Virus record (IMG/VR): IMGVR_UViG_3300025288_000032 | Location: 1-49,221 of that record | DNA length: 49,221 bases | Strand: one strand, 5' to 3' | Source: a virus | Taxonomy: Duplodnaviria; Caudoviricetes | In this document: one piece after another, positions 27,540-36,697 of the stretch | Layout of the letters: every line of letters starts with the position of its first letter | How positions within the stretch are numbered: the stretch's first letter is position 1 | Translations under genes and position numbers: made by a program | Notes under the pieces: model-generated | What the model saw: the letters and a program-made list of their open reading frames with translations, nothing else | Told to the model about the DNA's origin: nothing | Database searches by the model: none

Positions 27540-27817
27540 TTCGCGAACCAGGTAACAAAAGTCGAAATGGCAACAGCGAAGATGATCCATACTACTCGCT
27601 CCCAGATTCCAAGCCGGACCAGGCTGGTAGCCGCACTAGTGCGCAATTCCATAATTTTAGCCTCACAGTGTTCCATCCGCTCCCCCAGGCGCTTGTTTTC
27701 CTCCATCGTACTCACGAGCCTTTCGTCGAGGCGCGCAAGCGTCATGACCGCTTCAGCCAGCTTGTCAACTTTCGTCTCGATGCGCTGAACGTCGGCCCTT
27801 AGAAGTTCCATTGGCAT
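27536..27817 (-). CDS. Coiled-coil protein with C-terminal TM helix (lysis-associated, XhlA-like architecture)
   Basis: Heptad pattern then VVWIIFAVAISTFVTWF; upstream of endolysin. Confidence 0.65.
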   Translation of the reverse strand: MPMELLRADVQRIETKVDKLAEAVMTLARLDERLVSTMEENKRLGERMEHCEAKIMELRTSAATSLVRLGIWERVVWIIFAVAISTFVTWFAK

Positions 27818-27818
27818 A

Positions 27819-28418
27819 TCAAACCCCGCAACCCACCAGCGTTCGTTGTCGCGCTCCGCTACCCGTCGTTGAAAAAAACCCGCTCTCGGCCATCCCCACC
27901 AACGCTATTCCCCCCGAGCCTACCGCAAACGCAGCGGACGTGTGAACGGACACGTCCCCGTTTCCTCCCAGCACCACACCGCCGAGCGGCATCCAGCCGA
28001 CGTGACGCACGTAGATCGCGGTCGCGCCAAGCGCCATCCCCCCCAAGCCGACAACGGACACCGACGACGGCCCAGAGAATTCCGCAAGCGCAGCACCCGC
28101 GAAAATCGCCCCGCCGGCTGCCACCGGGTGTGCCCCACGCTGAGGCGTAGAGGCACCCACAAGCGCGATTCCGCCCGAGGCCGTAGCACTGACCCCAACG
28201 GCTGCCACCGCAGCCCCAGCGGTCGAAATACCACCCGCAGCGCCCGGCTGCACTCGTCGCACGAGCCCCGCGATCCCACCAAGCGCAACACCCCCGCTCG
28301 CCGCAGATTGCACTTTCCGCTCGGTCGTCGTCGAGCCTGCGAGCGACATTCCGCCCGAGCCGATGACGGACACACTCGATGTGCTCCCATCCGGCAGAAT
28401 CAAATAACGAGTTGACAT
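27819..28418 (-). CDS. Gly/Ala-rich repetitive putative virion protein
   Basis: Repeated SGG(I/V/M)xLxG units. Confidence 0.7.
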   Translation of the reverse strand: MSTRYLILPDGSTSSVSVIGSGGMSLAGSTTTERKVQSAASGGVALGGIAGLVRRVQPGAAGGISTAGAAVAAVGVSATASGGIALVGASTPQRGAHPVAAGGAIFAGAALAEFSGPSSVSVVGLGGMALGATAIYVRHVGWMPLGGVVLGGNGDVSVHTSAAFAVGSGGIALVGMAESGFFSTTGSGARQRTLVGCGV

Positions 28419-29156
28419 TTACGGGGCGAAGACCTGCCAGGGGTTGATGTGAAGTGCTCGCATCTCCGAATCATCCAGAATTCGGTTCCAGGCTAAAACC
28501 ACAACGAGATCGTCGGTGTAACTGTACGCGCCCAAATTAACGTCTGCGAGAGCCCCAAGCGCAAGATACTCCGTCCCGTCGGACGAGAACGTTACCGTTC
28601 CGGTGATACTAGCCGATTGCGACACCCCATCTACATACAATTCGCGCACCACACTTGGCTTCCAGACACCGCCGAAACTGTGCATGTTTCCATCTATCGC
28701 GCCTGCCTTTACAGCAACCGTTCCGTTGGCCACGAACATTGCAAGTTGACCGGCAGAATAGCTACCGGAACTGCTCAAATTTGCAGAAAACAAAAACTGA
28801 TTCACCCCACCGCGAATCGAGAAAAATGGCTTGGACTGCCCCGCACTCGTTGGGTTTCCTATAGCGAAAATACTCACACCGCCGGCATGATCCAGCACAG
28901 CGGTCTGTTGACCGAATTGCAACTTGGACGTAGAAGCCGTCGACCAACGAGAAGCTCGGCCCAGCCGGACGACCGTATCCGTTTGCTCGATTGCCTGCGC
29001 TTGCAGCCAGCGGCCCGCAACGAAGCCGCCGCGTTGATGTGGCATGCAGGCAAATCTCAGCGACCTGGTAAGCGGATTGCTCCAGTCGATCCCCCGCACG
29101 AACTGCGGCTGATTGGTCCAAGACACACGCTGTTTGACTATCGGCATGAATATCAA
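28419..29156 (-). CDS. LamG/concanavalin A-like domain protein (putative receptor or glycan binding)
   Basis: IDWSNPLT, LYVDGV, WNRILDDSE...NPWQ. Confidence 0.75.
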   Translation of the reverse strand: MIFMPIVKQRVSWTNQPQFVRGIDWSNPLTRSLRFACMPHQRGGFVAGRWLQAQAIEQTDTVVRLGRASRWSTASTSKLQFGQQTAVLDHAGGVSIFAIGNPTSAGQSKPFFSIRGGVNQFLFSANLSSSGSYSAGQLAMFVANGTVAVKAGAIDGNMHSFGGVWKPSVVRELYVDGVSQSASITGTVTFSSDGTEYLALGALADVNLGAYSYTDDLVVVLAWNRILDDSEMRALHINPWQVFAP

Positions 29157-29602
29157 ACCGAAGTGAAGACGACCTCGCTCGTGTAGAGCGCGCCGCTGGT
29201 CAGCGCCACGCCAAGGTCGTTCTTGCAGACGATCTTGAACTGATCCGGGCAGTAGCCGAGGGCATTCGTCACGGAAAATGTGCCCTGCTGGATCGTAGTG
29301 GTGCTGTTCATCGGAACCGTTCCAAGCACTCTCAAATTCGGCTCATCCGTAGCCGCCGTGCCGGATTCAGGCCCACTCCGAAAGTTCGTCCCATCGAGAG
29401 ACTCCTTGACGAACACCACCACTTGCTTGTTCCCCGCCGGCACGTTCGTCGTCGCGCACGCTACTTCCACGATAACGTCCTGCGGTTCATTGATCGAGGC
29501 ATTGTATGCACTCGATACGCAGTATGTCGCCGATGCGAGAGTTGGAAACGATGCGGACGTGAGCGACGTTCGCGCTGACAGTGTTTGCCTGGTCGTGGCC
29601 AT
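29153..29602 (-). CDS. Putative virion structural protein (beta-rich)
   Basis: Coupled ORF, Thr/Ser/Val-rich. Confidence 0.68.
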   Translation of the reverse strand: MATTRQTLSARTSLTSASFPTLASATYCVSSAYNASINEPQDVIVEVACATTNVPAGNKQVVVFVKESLDGTNFRSGPESGTAATDEPNLRVLGTVPMNSTTTIQQGTFSVTNALGYCPDQFKIVCKNDLGVALTSGALYTSEVVFTSV

Positions 29603-29603
29603 G

Positions 29604-30005
29604 TCAATCCGCCGTGATCTTCGGCGTCAGCAGATACTGATCGCCGTTGTTTGCCGGCGTGAAATTCGTCGTCGCCTCCGAGTACATTAAAATCCCACTT
29701 ACCGCCTGCGTCACGAAATACCCGTAAATCGTCGGATTTGTCGTCAAGGGGCCCGTGAAAGTCCATATTTGCTGGGCATAACTCGCCTCGACGGGAGAGG
29801 TTCCCGTATATGCCCACGACACCCCAGATAGAGCTTTCTGCACATAGCCCCCGCCTGTCGCAGCCGTGTACGTCGCCGCCACATCCGTTTCAGCCGGAGT
29901 GATGTTCAGCACAAACAGATCGAGCTTCTGATCCTGGCCTGCGGTAGTATTCAGAAACGCCTTGAGCGCCAGAGCTTCGCCTACTGCCGGAACATTGAGT
30001 GCCAT
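29604..30005 (-). CDS. Putative virion structural protein
   Basis: GAGGAG RBS; TGGGY..K.L...W...TIYGYFV pattern seen in phage tail-associated proteins. Confidence 0.72.
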   Translation of the reverse strand: MALNVPAVGEALALKAFLNTTAGQDQKLDLFVLNITPAETDVAATYTAATGGGYVQKALSGVSWAYTGTSPVEASYAQQIWTFTGPLTTNPTIYGYFVTQAVSGILMYSEATTNFTPANNGDQYLLTPKITAD

Positions 30006-30014
30006 GATCTCTCC

Positions 30015-30317
30015 TCAGAAATAGCCAAACTGAACACCAAGCTCTTTGCCCGGCCGTCTTGCAACGGGAATCTCTGCGAGTTTCGCCATTCGCAAATTTC
30101 CCGCCAGCGTCGAAATCGCCATTAGATTCGTGCCGTCGTCCTGCACAAGCATGACATCTGCAATGCCCTCATCATTGATTTCCCGGATGATGCCGATACG
30201 CTCTTCCGACACGACCCACATCCCTTTGCGCATCTCGCCAAAGAACTTCGGCGCATGCGCACTGACGTGCCCCGCAACAACGACCTTCCTGCGCTTGAAG
30301 AAATCGAGAAATCCCAT
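30015..30317 (-). CDS. Hypothetical protein
   Basis: TAATG coupling with the upstream gene. Confidence 0.68.
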   Translation of the reverse strand: MGFLDFFKRRKVVVAGHVSAHAPKFFGEMRKGMWVVSEERIGIIREINDEGIADVMLVQDDGTNLMAISTLAGNLRMAKLAEIPVARRPGKELGVQFGYF

Positions 30318-30667
30318 TACTCCACCTCGTAAGTTACATCAACAGCAGTCGTCACCGGAGAACTCAGAATCAACGTCAGAGCTTCTCCCGTGGCCGTCTC
30401 AAACCAACCGCGCTCAGCATAGGGCAAAACGAACCCACCATTCGCCGCAACCGGCTTCGCAGATGTAATTGCCGTGCTGTTCGATCCAAGCGACACCGAG
30501 ACATTCCCCGCCGCAATCACGCACATCGACAGCACTCGAATGATCATTCCAGGCTGTGCAGCAACAATCGGTGTTCCCGTCAAAGAGGAAGTCAAAAATG
30601 CCCGCGAAATCAACCATTGGGCATGTAAATTTCCAGACGCGATGCGCGGATTGATCGTTACTGCCAT
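30317..30667 (-). CDS. Putative virion structural protein
   Basis: Beta-rich; GWFETATGEALTL motif. Confidence 0.68.
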   Translation of the reverse strand: MAVTINPRIASGNLHAQWLISRAFLTSSLTGTPIVAAQPGMIIRVLSMCVIAAGNVSVSLGSNSTAITSAKPVAANGGFVLPYAERGWFETATGEALTLILSSPVTTAVDVTYEVE

Positions 30668-30668
30668 C

Positions 30669-30917
30669 TCAAATCACCTTCACCGTTGCGCCGGCCGCGG
30701 CATCCAGCAACGTCCGCGCCTCTGCGGGCGTCTTGCCCGCGGCAACGAGCGCATCGAGCGCCACCTTCTCCTCGATCATCACCGGCATCGGCGGCGGAGG
30801 CGGCGGAATGTCTGCGCCCGTAAAGACCCGAATCACTAGACCATCGAACCAGACGTACTTCGGCCCCAGCAATGCCATGACGGTGTCGTAGTCCCTGATG
30901 CCGTAGAGTTTGATCAT
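30669..30917 (-). CDS. Hypothetical protein (Pro run; possible fibre chaperone)
   Basis: ATGA overlap with the upstream gene. Confidence 0.6.
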   Translation of the reverse strand: MIKLYGIRDYDTVMALLGPKYVWFDGLVIRVFTGADIPPPPPPMPVMIEEKVALDALVAAGKTPAEARTLLDAAAGATVKVI

Positions 30918-31669
30918 GACGGCAGCACCTCCACATGCAAACTCCGGGCGGCGGACCAGTCGGCGGCGGAGTCGACGCTTTTGGACAGCACGAGGGTCAA
31001 AGTCGTATCAATGGAGGTGTCGATCGAGGTCGAATACGAAGCCGCCAGATCAACTGTAATAGACCCAAAATAGAACCATCCACTCCAGTGTTGGCGATCT
31101 TCCCTGCCCATATTTTGCATTGCCCCGATAAGACGTGTATAGACAGTCGTAGTCGGGCTAATCGTACCAATCAAGCCGAACCCGTTAAGCTTAACGGTGT
31201 AGCCCTTAGTAGTCGCGCTCGAATTGTTGTCCCCAATGAGCTCCACCCGCAGAAGCCCATTCTTCCCAAGTGCTCCCCCCGGCAGCAAAACCGATGCAGC
31301 CGTCACATCCCCAGTAACCCCAACGAATGCCCCAGGCCCAGCAGCGACGATTGGCGTCGGATTGGCCGGAATGTCGAACGAATCGATGCCGGGGACGTAG
31401 ATGTTGTTGTAGATCGTGCCGATGGTCGTGTTCGTGCTCGACATCACGACCCAGTAGAAACCCGCAACCGAACCCGCATAGGCTGCTCCCGCCGGCAGGA
31501 ATGTCCAGACGCCGCCATCCAGCGTCGTCGCGTAGGCGATGCCAAGCGTCAGCGCCCCGTTCGCCGCAACGCTACCGCTCGGAGCCAGGCAAATCGGAAT
31601 GCCGACACTAAGGAGGATGTATGAAGAGTTCACCTTTCCACCAAGACGAGAATTCACAGAAACTGTCAT
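30914..31669 (-). CDS. Putative tail/virion protein
   Basis: GGAG before ATG 31669 (track start 31717); Gly/Thr/Ser-rich beta content, LPGGALGKNG. Confidence 0.68.
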   Translation of the reverse strand: MTVSVNSRLGGKVNSSYILLSVGIPICLAPSGSVAANGALTLGIAYATTLDGGVWTFLPAGAAYAGSVAGFYWVVMSSTNTTIGTIYNNIYVPGIDSFDIPANPTPIVAAGPGAFVGVTGDVTAASVLLPGGALGKNGLLRVELIGDNNSSATTKGYTVKLNGFGLIGTISPTTTVYTRLIGAMQNMGREDRQHWSGWFYFGSITVDLAASYSTSIDTSIDTTLTLVLSKSVDSAADWSAARSLHVEVLPS

Positions 31670-31754
31670 CAGACGTTGCTCCGAGAAACTATTGCAAACC
31701 TTGTCACTTGTTGGCACATACTAAATTCGCGCATCGTGGTCTCCATGATGTAGT

Positions 31755-31789
31755 GGAAAGCCCCGTCCTTTAGAGCGGGGAACAGTTAT
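31755..31789. mobile_element. IS200/IS605-family-like terminal palindrome (orphan end)
   Basis: ggaaagccccgtcctttagagcggggaacagtta resembles IS200/IS605-type end hairpins; no tnpA or tnpB in the window. Confidence 0.5.
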
Positions 31790-31791
31790 TT

Positions 31792-32106
31792 TTAAGTCTC
31801 CATCGTAACTGTGATCGTCGCGCCAATGCCAGAAATCGCAGTCACATTCGCCCGCGTATGCTTCCACCGAGCGCTAGACACGAATCCATCCGTAACTGTT
31901 GCAATTCCTAAAGCAAGCGAAACTGTGCCGAGAACCATGTAATTTACTCCATCATTCGACACCTCGATGTTCGTCGTGGCGGTTCCCGTACCAGAAGTAG
32001 TCGATCCAGTAACCTGAAACGACGTACTGTCATCGAAAACATAATGCACATCGTCAATGACTGGTGCTCCGCTTCCTGTAATCGTTACTGCATTGAGTAG
32101 AATCAT
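31792..32106 (-). CDS. Putative virion structural protein
   Basis: GGAGG RBS; IEVSNDGVN...RANVTAISG jelly-roll-like pattern. Confidence 0.72.
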   Translation of the reverse strand: MILLNAVTITGSGAPVIDDVHYVFDDSTSFQVTGSTTSGTGTATTNIEVSNDGVNYMVLGTVSLALGIATVTDGFVSSARWKHTRANVTAISGIGATITVTMET

Positions 32107-32115
32107 AGGAACCTC

Positions 32116-32547
32116 CTAAAGAGCCATCCTAACATAAGCACATGATTTATTGAATCCGAAACGATGCAAATACAACTTGGTATGTCGTTCGGGTACATAG
32201 GCATCTAGGTACCTCACTTCGTTGCTTTTGAGCCATTCGAGAATGATGTGCCAGTACGCAGCTTTGAAGCGTAACAACCCTCGTCCAGCCATTGCTATGA
32301 CATCGGCACATTTACGTCCATTTGTCATATTAAACTGAATTCCTATGGCACATGCAGGTTTGTTGTTCTCAAACCCAACGAAGATAGCTACCAACCCAGT
32401 AACAGCAAGCAAGTAAATATCCTTGACGCTCATCTCGTCTTTGGCAATCTCGTTGCTCTCGCAAGCAGCACTGAAATATGGCTCCAAAACCGGCCACAAT
32501 TCAGTAACCCGTTCAGGAGTCAACATTTCAATGGACAATATAGTCAC
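32116..32547 (-). CDS. Putative GNAT-fold virion assembly protein
   Basis: C-terminal LYLHRFGF motif; position typical before ejection proteins. Confidence 0.6.
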   Translation of the reverse strand: MTILSIEMLTPERVTELWPVLEPYFSAACESNEIAKDEMSVKDIYLLAVTGLVAIFVGFENNKPACAIGIQFNMTNGRKCADVIAMAGRGLLRFKAAYWHIILEWLKSNEVRYLDAYVPERHTKLYLHRFGFNKSCAYVRMAL

Positions 32548-33053
32548 TTATATTTCTCAACAAGGTTATCGAAAAATTCCTTACCCTTCATTTTAACCAC
32601 ATTCGCAGGTACCACATATTCACCCTCGTGCGCTTTGACTGGCCCAGTTTGCGGTACTTCCCCACCCTCTGCCAATGAAGGTACAGGCTGGGTTCCACCA
32701 CCCGATTTCACGGCACGCGCTGCAAGGAGAAGAACAAACACCAATCCCTGGTCGTATTGAAGCGGCAAATCCTGCTCTGTGGCAATGCCATTTTGAATGG
32801 CAAACTTCCGGACATTGGGGTACATCTCCGGATTCTGAGCCGCAACCGTAGCCAACTGAATGACCATATTCAGTTCCTGCGGTGTCAATTCGCCGGTCTG
32901 CATTACCTGCTGGATTGCCACTCGAATAGCTTCTACTGCTTGTGGATTCTGAGCAGCAAACTGATTGATCTGCGCCTCCAACGCTTGAGGAGATTCCGCA
33001 CCGCCCTGGCTAACTGTTTGTTCGCTAACTCCAGCAAAATTTGGCATGCTCAC
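32544..33053 (-). CDS. Hypothetical virion-associated protein
   Basis: Coupled ORF; AEGGEV...HEGEYVVPA motif. Confidence 0.7.
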   Translation of the reverse strand: MSMPNFAGVSEQTVSQGGAESPQALEAQINQFAAQNPQAVEAIRVAIQQVMQTGELTPQELNMVIQLATVAAQNPEMYPNVRKFAIQNGIATEQDLPLQYDQGLVFVLLLAARAVKSGGGTQPVPSLAEGGEVPQTGPVKAHEGEYVVPANVVKMKGKEFFDNLVEKYK

Positions 33054-33406
33054 CCCCTCAATTGATTGATCAGTGTATTTACGGTTGCCTGCAAGTTAGC
33101 TACGTCATTACTAAGTTGCTGAACGTCCTGAATCAGCTTGCCATGATCTTCGAGGCTTGGCACGATGACTCCCCCTATGGTAAATCCATTGCCTTGCGCA
33201 GTCACACGGGTCATGGTCTGCGCCGCTGGGTTGGGTAGCGTAACCTGCCCTGTAACGATTGCTCGTACATCGTTGGTTACTCCTCGGGCACCAGTGAGCA
33301 GTTCGATATTCTCCTTCATGGCAGTCAATGTATTGAATTGCCAGTCGTTCAAGCTCCCTTGCGGGATAGCCGGGATTGCTATAAATCGCGGGCCACGTGC
33401 AGCCAT
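33050..33406 (-). CDS. Hypothetical protein (C-terminal coiled coil; tail needle-like position)
   Basis: Coupled ORF immediately after the nozzle gene. Confidence 0.7.
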   Translation of the reverse strand: MAARGPRFIAIPAIPQGSLNDWQFNTLTAMKENIELLTGARGVTNDVRAIVTGQVTLPNPAAQTMTRVTAQGNGFTIGGVIVPSLEDHGKLIQDVQQLSNDVANLQATVNTLINQLRG

Positions 33407-35997
33407 TAGACTTCCTTCAAGCCAAGTGGTGTTTCCGCCAAGTAAATGGCTCGCACTCGTGCATTTCCCTCTACCTCGACCTCGAATGTATCACTACGAT
33501 ACCCAGTAGGCAACCGAAACATGCCAGAAGTTGCAACAGGTGTTTCAAGCAGCAGCTGTTTGTCTGTCCACAATCTGAAAATAATTGTGTCCGCAGCATA
33601 ATCCGCGACTACTCGGGCTGCACCGAGATTAATCATATCCTTGGTAGATATAACCTTGGATTTCCATTTCAGCGTCGTAGCCGGCTGCGCAGAGTTATCC
33701 CATTCGTAAATATCGCCGGTAGCGCCGCTAACGTAGTACACAATACCGTCGATGGCGTCATACCAGGACGCTGAAAAACTGTAATCGACATCCGTGAAAA
33801 AACCCCCTATCTTGGGATCATGCGTAAAAACGAACATTCCAGCGGAATGAGATGCAATATAGTCACCCCCGTAGTATTCCGCAATGACCGTTTTCGGATC
33901 GACATCGGCCTTCCAGGTACTATTGTTGTACAGCAACGCGGTAATGATGGCTTGCCCGCTACTAGGCGAATACACAGCAAGACCCTCGTGCGTCGAATAC
34001 ACGACACCATAACCCATCGTCACCATGCTGTTCTTGCTCAAGCACGGGTAATTAGCATTGATGCGGGCGGTCGCCATGCCATTGGCCGGGTCGCTTCCTG
34101 AAACGAGATACGGATATGCTTCAGTAGTCACCAATGCAGACCCGCTGATAACGGCAATGCCAACTATGCTATAGTCTAAATTGATTGCATATGCCGCAGG
34201 CCAGGCATGCGGGCGCGCCGGCTCTGAAAAATACAGGGTATTTCCAACGAAACCACACAGAACATTGTTCTGAATAACGGTCAGCCCTTTGAGTTCTGTG
34301 GGTGGTGGATCGTATTCGTCCGTACCAAGAATATCGAACAAATCACGAGATTCAAAATCATCCGTGAACGTATACACTCCACCATCTCCCCAGTACCGGG
34401 CAACACTGATTGGTGGATTTTCAGATATGTCATGATACAGAATACCAGCACCGACCAAGATTTCACTAAGGTTATAACTTGTTTGTGAATACTCAAATAT
34501 ATAGTCGTCGATTACATCTGTCACAATTCCATCAGTAATATCGAATGAAGATTCAGTGCAACCACTGATTTTGAAGCGATCCTCAATTGACAAATTATGC
34601 GGATACAATAATGTGACATGAGAAACATTAGCGGTGCGCTGTACCTTCGCCAATCCCGTAGGAAACCAGAGTGTATCGAGAAAGTAGTACTCAGTCCCTG
34701 ATGCCGCTGCCAGTGTCCGATATAGCTTCACACCCCGCACGAAGTTATTTCCAGCAGGCTTGGCTACTGGGATATTGGACACTGTAACAACTACACCTTC
34801 CTTGATAAACAGATTCTCGGACGGTTTGGCCGCAATCGACTCTTCATCCCACGGAGTAATCCACGTGAAAGTATAAGAACGAGCCTGTGTCAGCCCCCCA
34901 AGATTGATCTTGCCTTCGCTACTGAGAGTCGTAGATATCTGTGGACCGGGACTGAAATAAGTAAATGTCGTATCGTCAACTATTGTGATTTCTACATTGG
35001 TTGCATTCAGACTACGATTGTCCCGTCGCACAATCCCGCTCGTTGCCGCCGGCACTGTTGCAACAATATCGAACGCGTCTGTAGTGGCGTTGGACAATGT
35101 ATAATTACCATCTACGGCAGTACCCGATGTGAACTCCAGCGTAACCTGCGTGCCATTCACCAAGCCATGTGCAGTCATGGTTATGTGGATCGTCGTGTCC
35201 CCTGAATTTGTCCATGTAATAGTGCCTGCACGCGCCGCAGCAGTAGGAGCTGTGATAGCAAACGTGTTGTCGTCAACAATATTGACCGAATATGCACCAT
35301 CAATGCTTGCATGTGCACTGAATTGAAGGTTTGCCACCATGCCCGCCTGAAGCCCGTGATTTGCCACGCTGATGAGCATCGAAAGCGTCCCTAACGGTTG
35401 GTTGTAGGTACCAGTACGCGTAGATGGATTTTGTTTGTAATCACCAAGGCTGTAGCCAAACCCAGATACAGTTACCGGACTGTTGGCACGCAAATTATGC
35501 GGTGCTGAAGTCACTATGGTAACGACACTAGCTGCATCACGGGTATAGGACACCGTTGTTTTTTCGGTAAATGGGATAGCCGTAGCTACCAATTGCGCAC
35601 TATTGTCAGGCGGCGACAATCCCAGATCATAACTCGTTGCAGGGTATGGGCCAGCACCCGCCGTTGCCAACACGTAGTTACTGACTTTGGGGCTACCATC
35701 CCCGGTGTAGTAGAACCGTTGCTCGGCTTTATCAGTCTTGGAAGCTATGGCAATGTCTACATCAGTAAGCCACGAAAGCCACTTTTTTGCACCAGTAACA
35801 GGATCACGTAATGCAAACAGAGTTCCAATTGCACCAGTTCGACCTGTATTTGCAATAATGACAGGCTGAGAGTACGGAATCAAATCGCCCGAATAGAACT
35901 TGCAATTCGTCGCAACCTGCCCAGCAGTATTGGGGAGCAACTCCGGTGAAATCTTCGGAGCAATTCCAAGAAAGCCTACAATTTTGATCCCTGCCAT
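33406..35997 (-). CDS. Tail nozzle/stabilisation protein (T7 gp12 / P22 gp10-like role) with inserted beta-repeat domains
   Basis: PPP..LKGL...GFVGNTLYFSEP..PHAWP; size and position; repeated T..HGL..G..V units. Confidence 0.75.
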   Translation of the reverse strand: MAGIKIVGFLGIAPKISPELLPNTAGQVATNCKFYSGDLIPYSQPVIIANTGRTGAIGTLFALRDPVTGAKKWLSWLTDVDIAIASKTDKAEQRFYYTGDGSPKVSNYVLATAGAGPYPATSYDLGLSPPDNSAQLVATAIPFTEKTTVSYTRDAASVVTIVTSAPHNLRANSPVTVSGFGYSLGDYKQNPSTRTGTYNQPLGTLSMLISVANHGLQAGMVANLQFSAHASIDGAYSVNIVDDNTFAITAPTAAARAGTITWTNSGDTTIHITMTAHGLVNGTQVTLEFTSGTAVDGNYTLSNATTDAFDIVATVPAATSGIVRRDNRSLNATNVEITIVDDTTFTYFSPGPQISTTLSSEGKINLGGLTQARSYTFTWITPWDEESIAAKPSENLFIKEGVVVTVSNIPVAKPAGNNFVRGVKLYRTLAAASGTEYYFLDTLWFPTGLAKVQRTANVSHVTLLYPHNLSIEDRFKISGCTESSFDITDGIVTDVIDDYIFEYSQTSYNLSEILVGAGILYHDISENPPISVARYWGDGGVYTFTDDFESRDLFDILGTDEYDPPPTELKGLTVIQNNVLCGFVGNTLYFSEPARPHAWPAAYAINLDYSIVGIAVISGSALVTTEAYPYLVSGSDPANGMATARINANYPCLSKNSMVTMGYGVVYSTHEGLAVYSPSSGQAIITALLYNNSTWKADVDPKTVIAEYYGGDYIASHSAGMFVFTHDPKIGGFFTDVDYSFSASWYDAIDGIVYYVSGATGDIYEWDNSAQPATTLKWKSKVISTKDMINLGAARVVADYAADTIIFRLWTDKQLLLETPVATSGMFRLPTGYRSDTFEVEVEGNARVRAIYLAETPLGLKEV

Positions 35998-36006
35998 GGC
36001 AGTAAA

Positions 36007-36693
36007 TTAAGCAATCTCGTAAGTGATTTGTCCATCCAACAAAGCAGGAGGAGGCATATTCAGAGTAAGGACTGTAGCCCCACTATGAAACTCAGAAAAA
36101 AGAAGATAGGCGTACCCAGGAACGGTATAGCAAGCCACTTGTGCTCCAGCAGTATAAGTACCCTGGTCAAACACAACTACTCCATAAGCACCGTTAGCGG
36201 GTAAAACTGGTAAATCAAGTCGCATCCATCCAGTTCCACTATGCCCCAATAAATTAACTCCGAAGCGAACAGTACATTCTTTGCCTTTGACTACGTATCT
36301 ACCATTTTGCGATGTATAGGTACCAACTCCTGGAGTAGTAGCCCCAGAAATCGTAGGTGTGTAATCAATATATTTTCCTTCTACGATGTCACTGGCAACG
36401 TCTATCACAGATTGCGCAGTCACCCGTAACTCGACCAGGCTGCCAGCATCAAACGGTAGCGCTGACGTACCTTCCTGAGCCCGGACAACAGTCAGCACAT
36501 CGCCTACACGTGCTGTAACCTTCACAATTTCCAGCGCATTGACAGCTAATTGCACAGTCGCATAGAAGTAATCCCCCGAACCAAGACTCGGGAAAGCAGC
36601 ACCATCGCCGGTTTGAAGAACGAACGAAGTATCCAGAGCACTGACTGCTGCACTAAGAATTCCAGACGCATTATTTTTGAGTAGGATAGCCAT
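36007..36693 (-). CDS. Short tail fibre/spike protein 2
   Basis: N-terminal anchor domain shared with 36698..38788; YTPT.SG...G.Y...G..C.V tip pattern. Confidence 0.75.
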   Translation of the reverse strand: MAILLKNNASGILSAAVSALDTSFVLQTGDGAAFPSLGSGDYFYATVQLAVNALEIVKVTARVGDVLTVVRAQEGTSALPFDAGSLVELRVTAQSVIDVASDIVEGKYIDYTPTISGATTPGVGTYTSQNGRYVVKGKECTVRFGVNLLGHSGTGWMRLDLPVLPANGAYGVVVFDQGTYTAGAQVACYTVPGYAYLLFSEFHSGATVLTLNMPPPALLDGQITYEIA

Positions 36694-36697
36694 ATTG

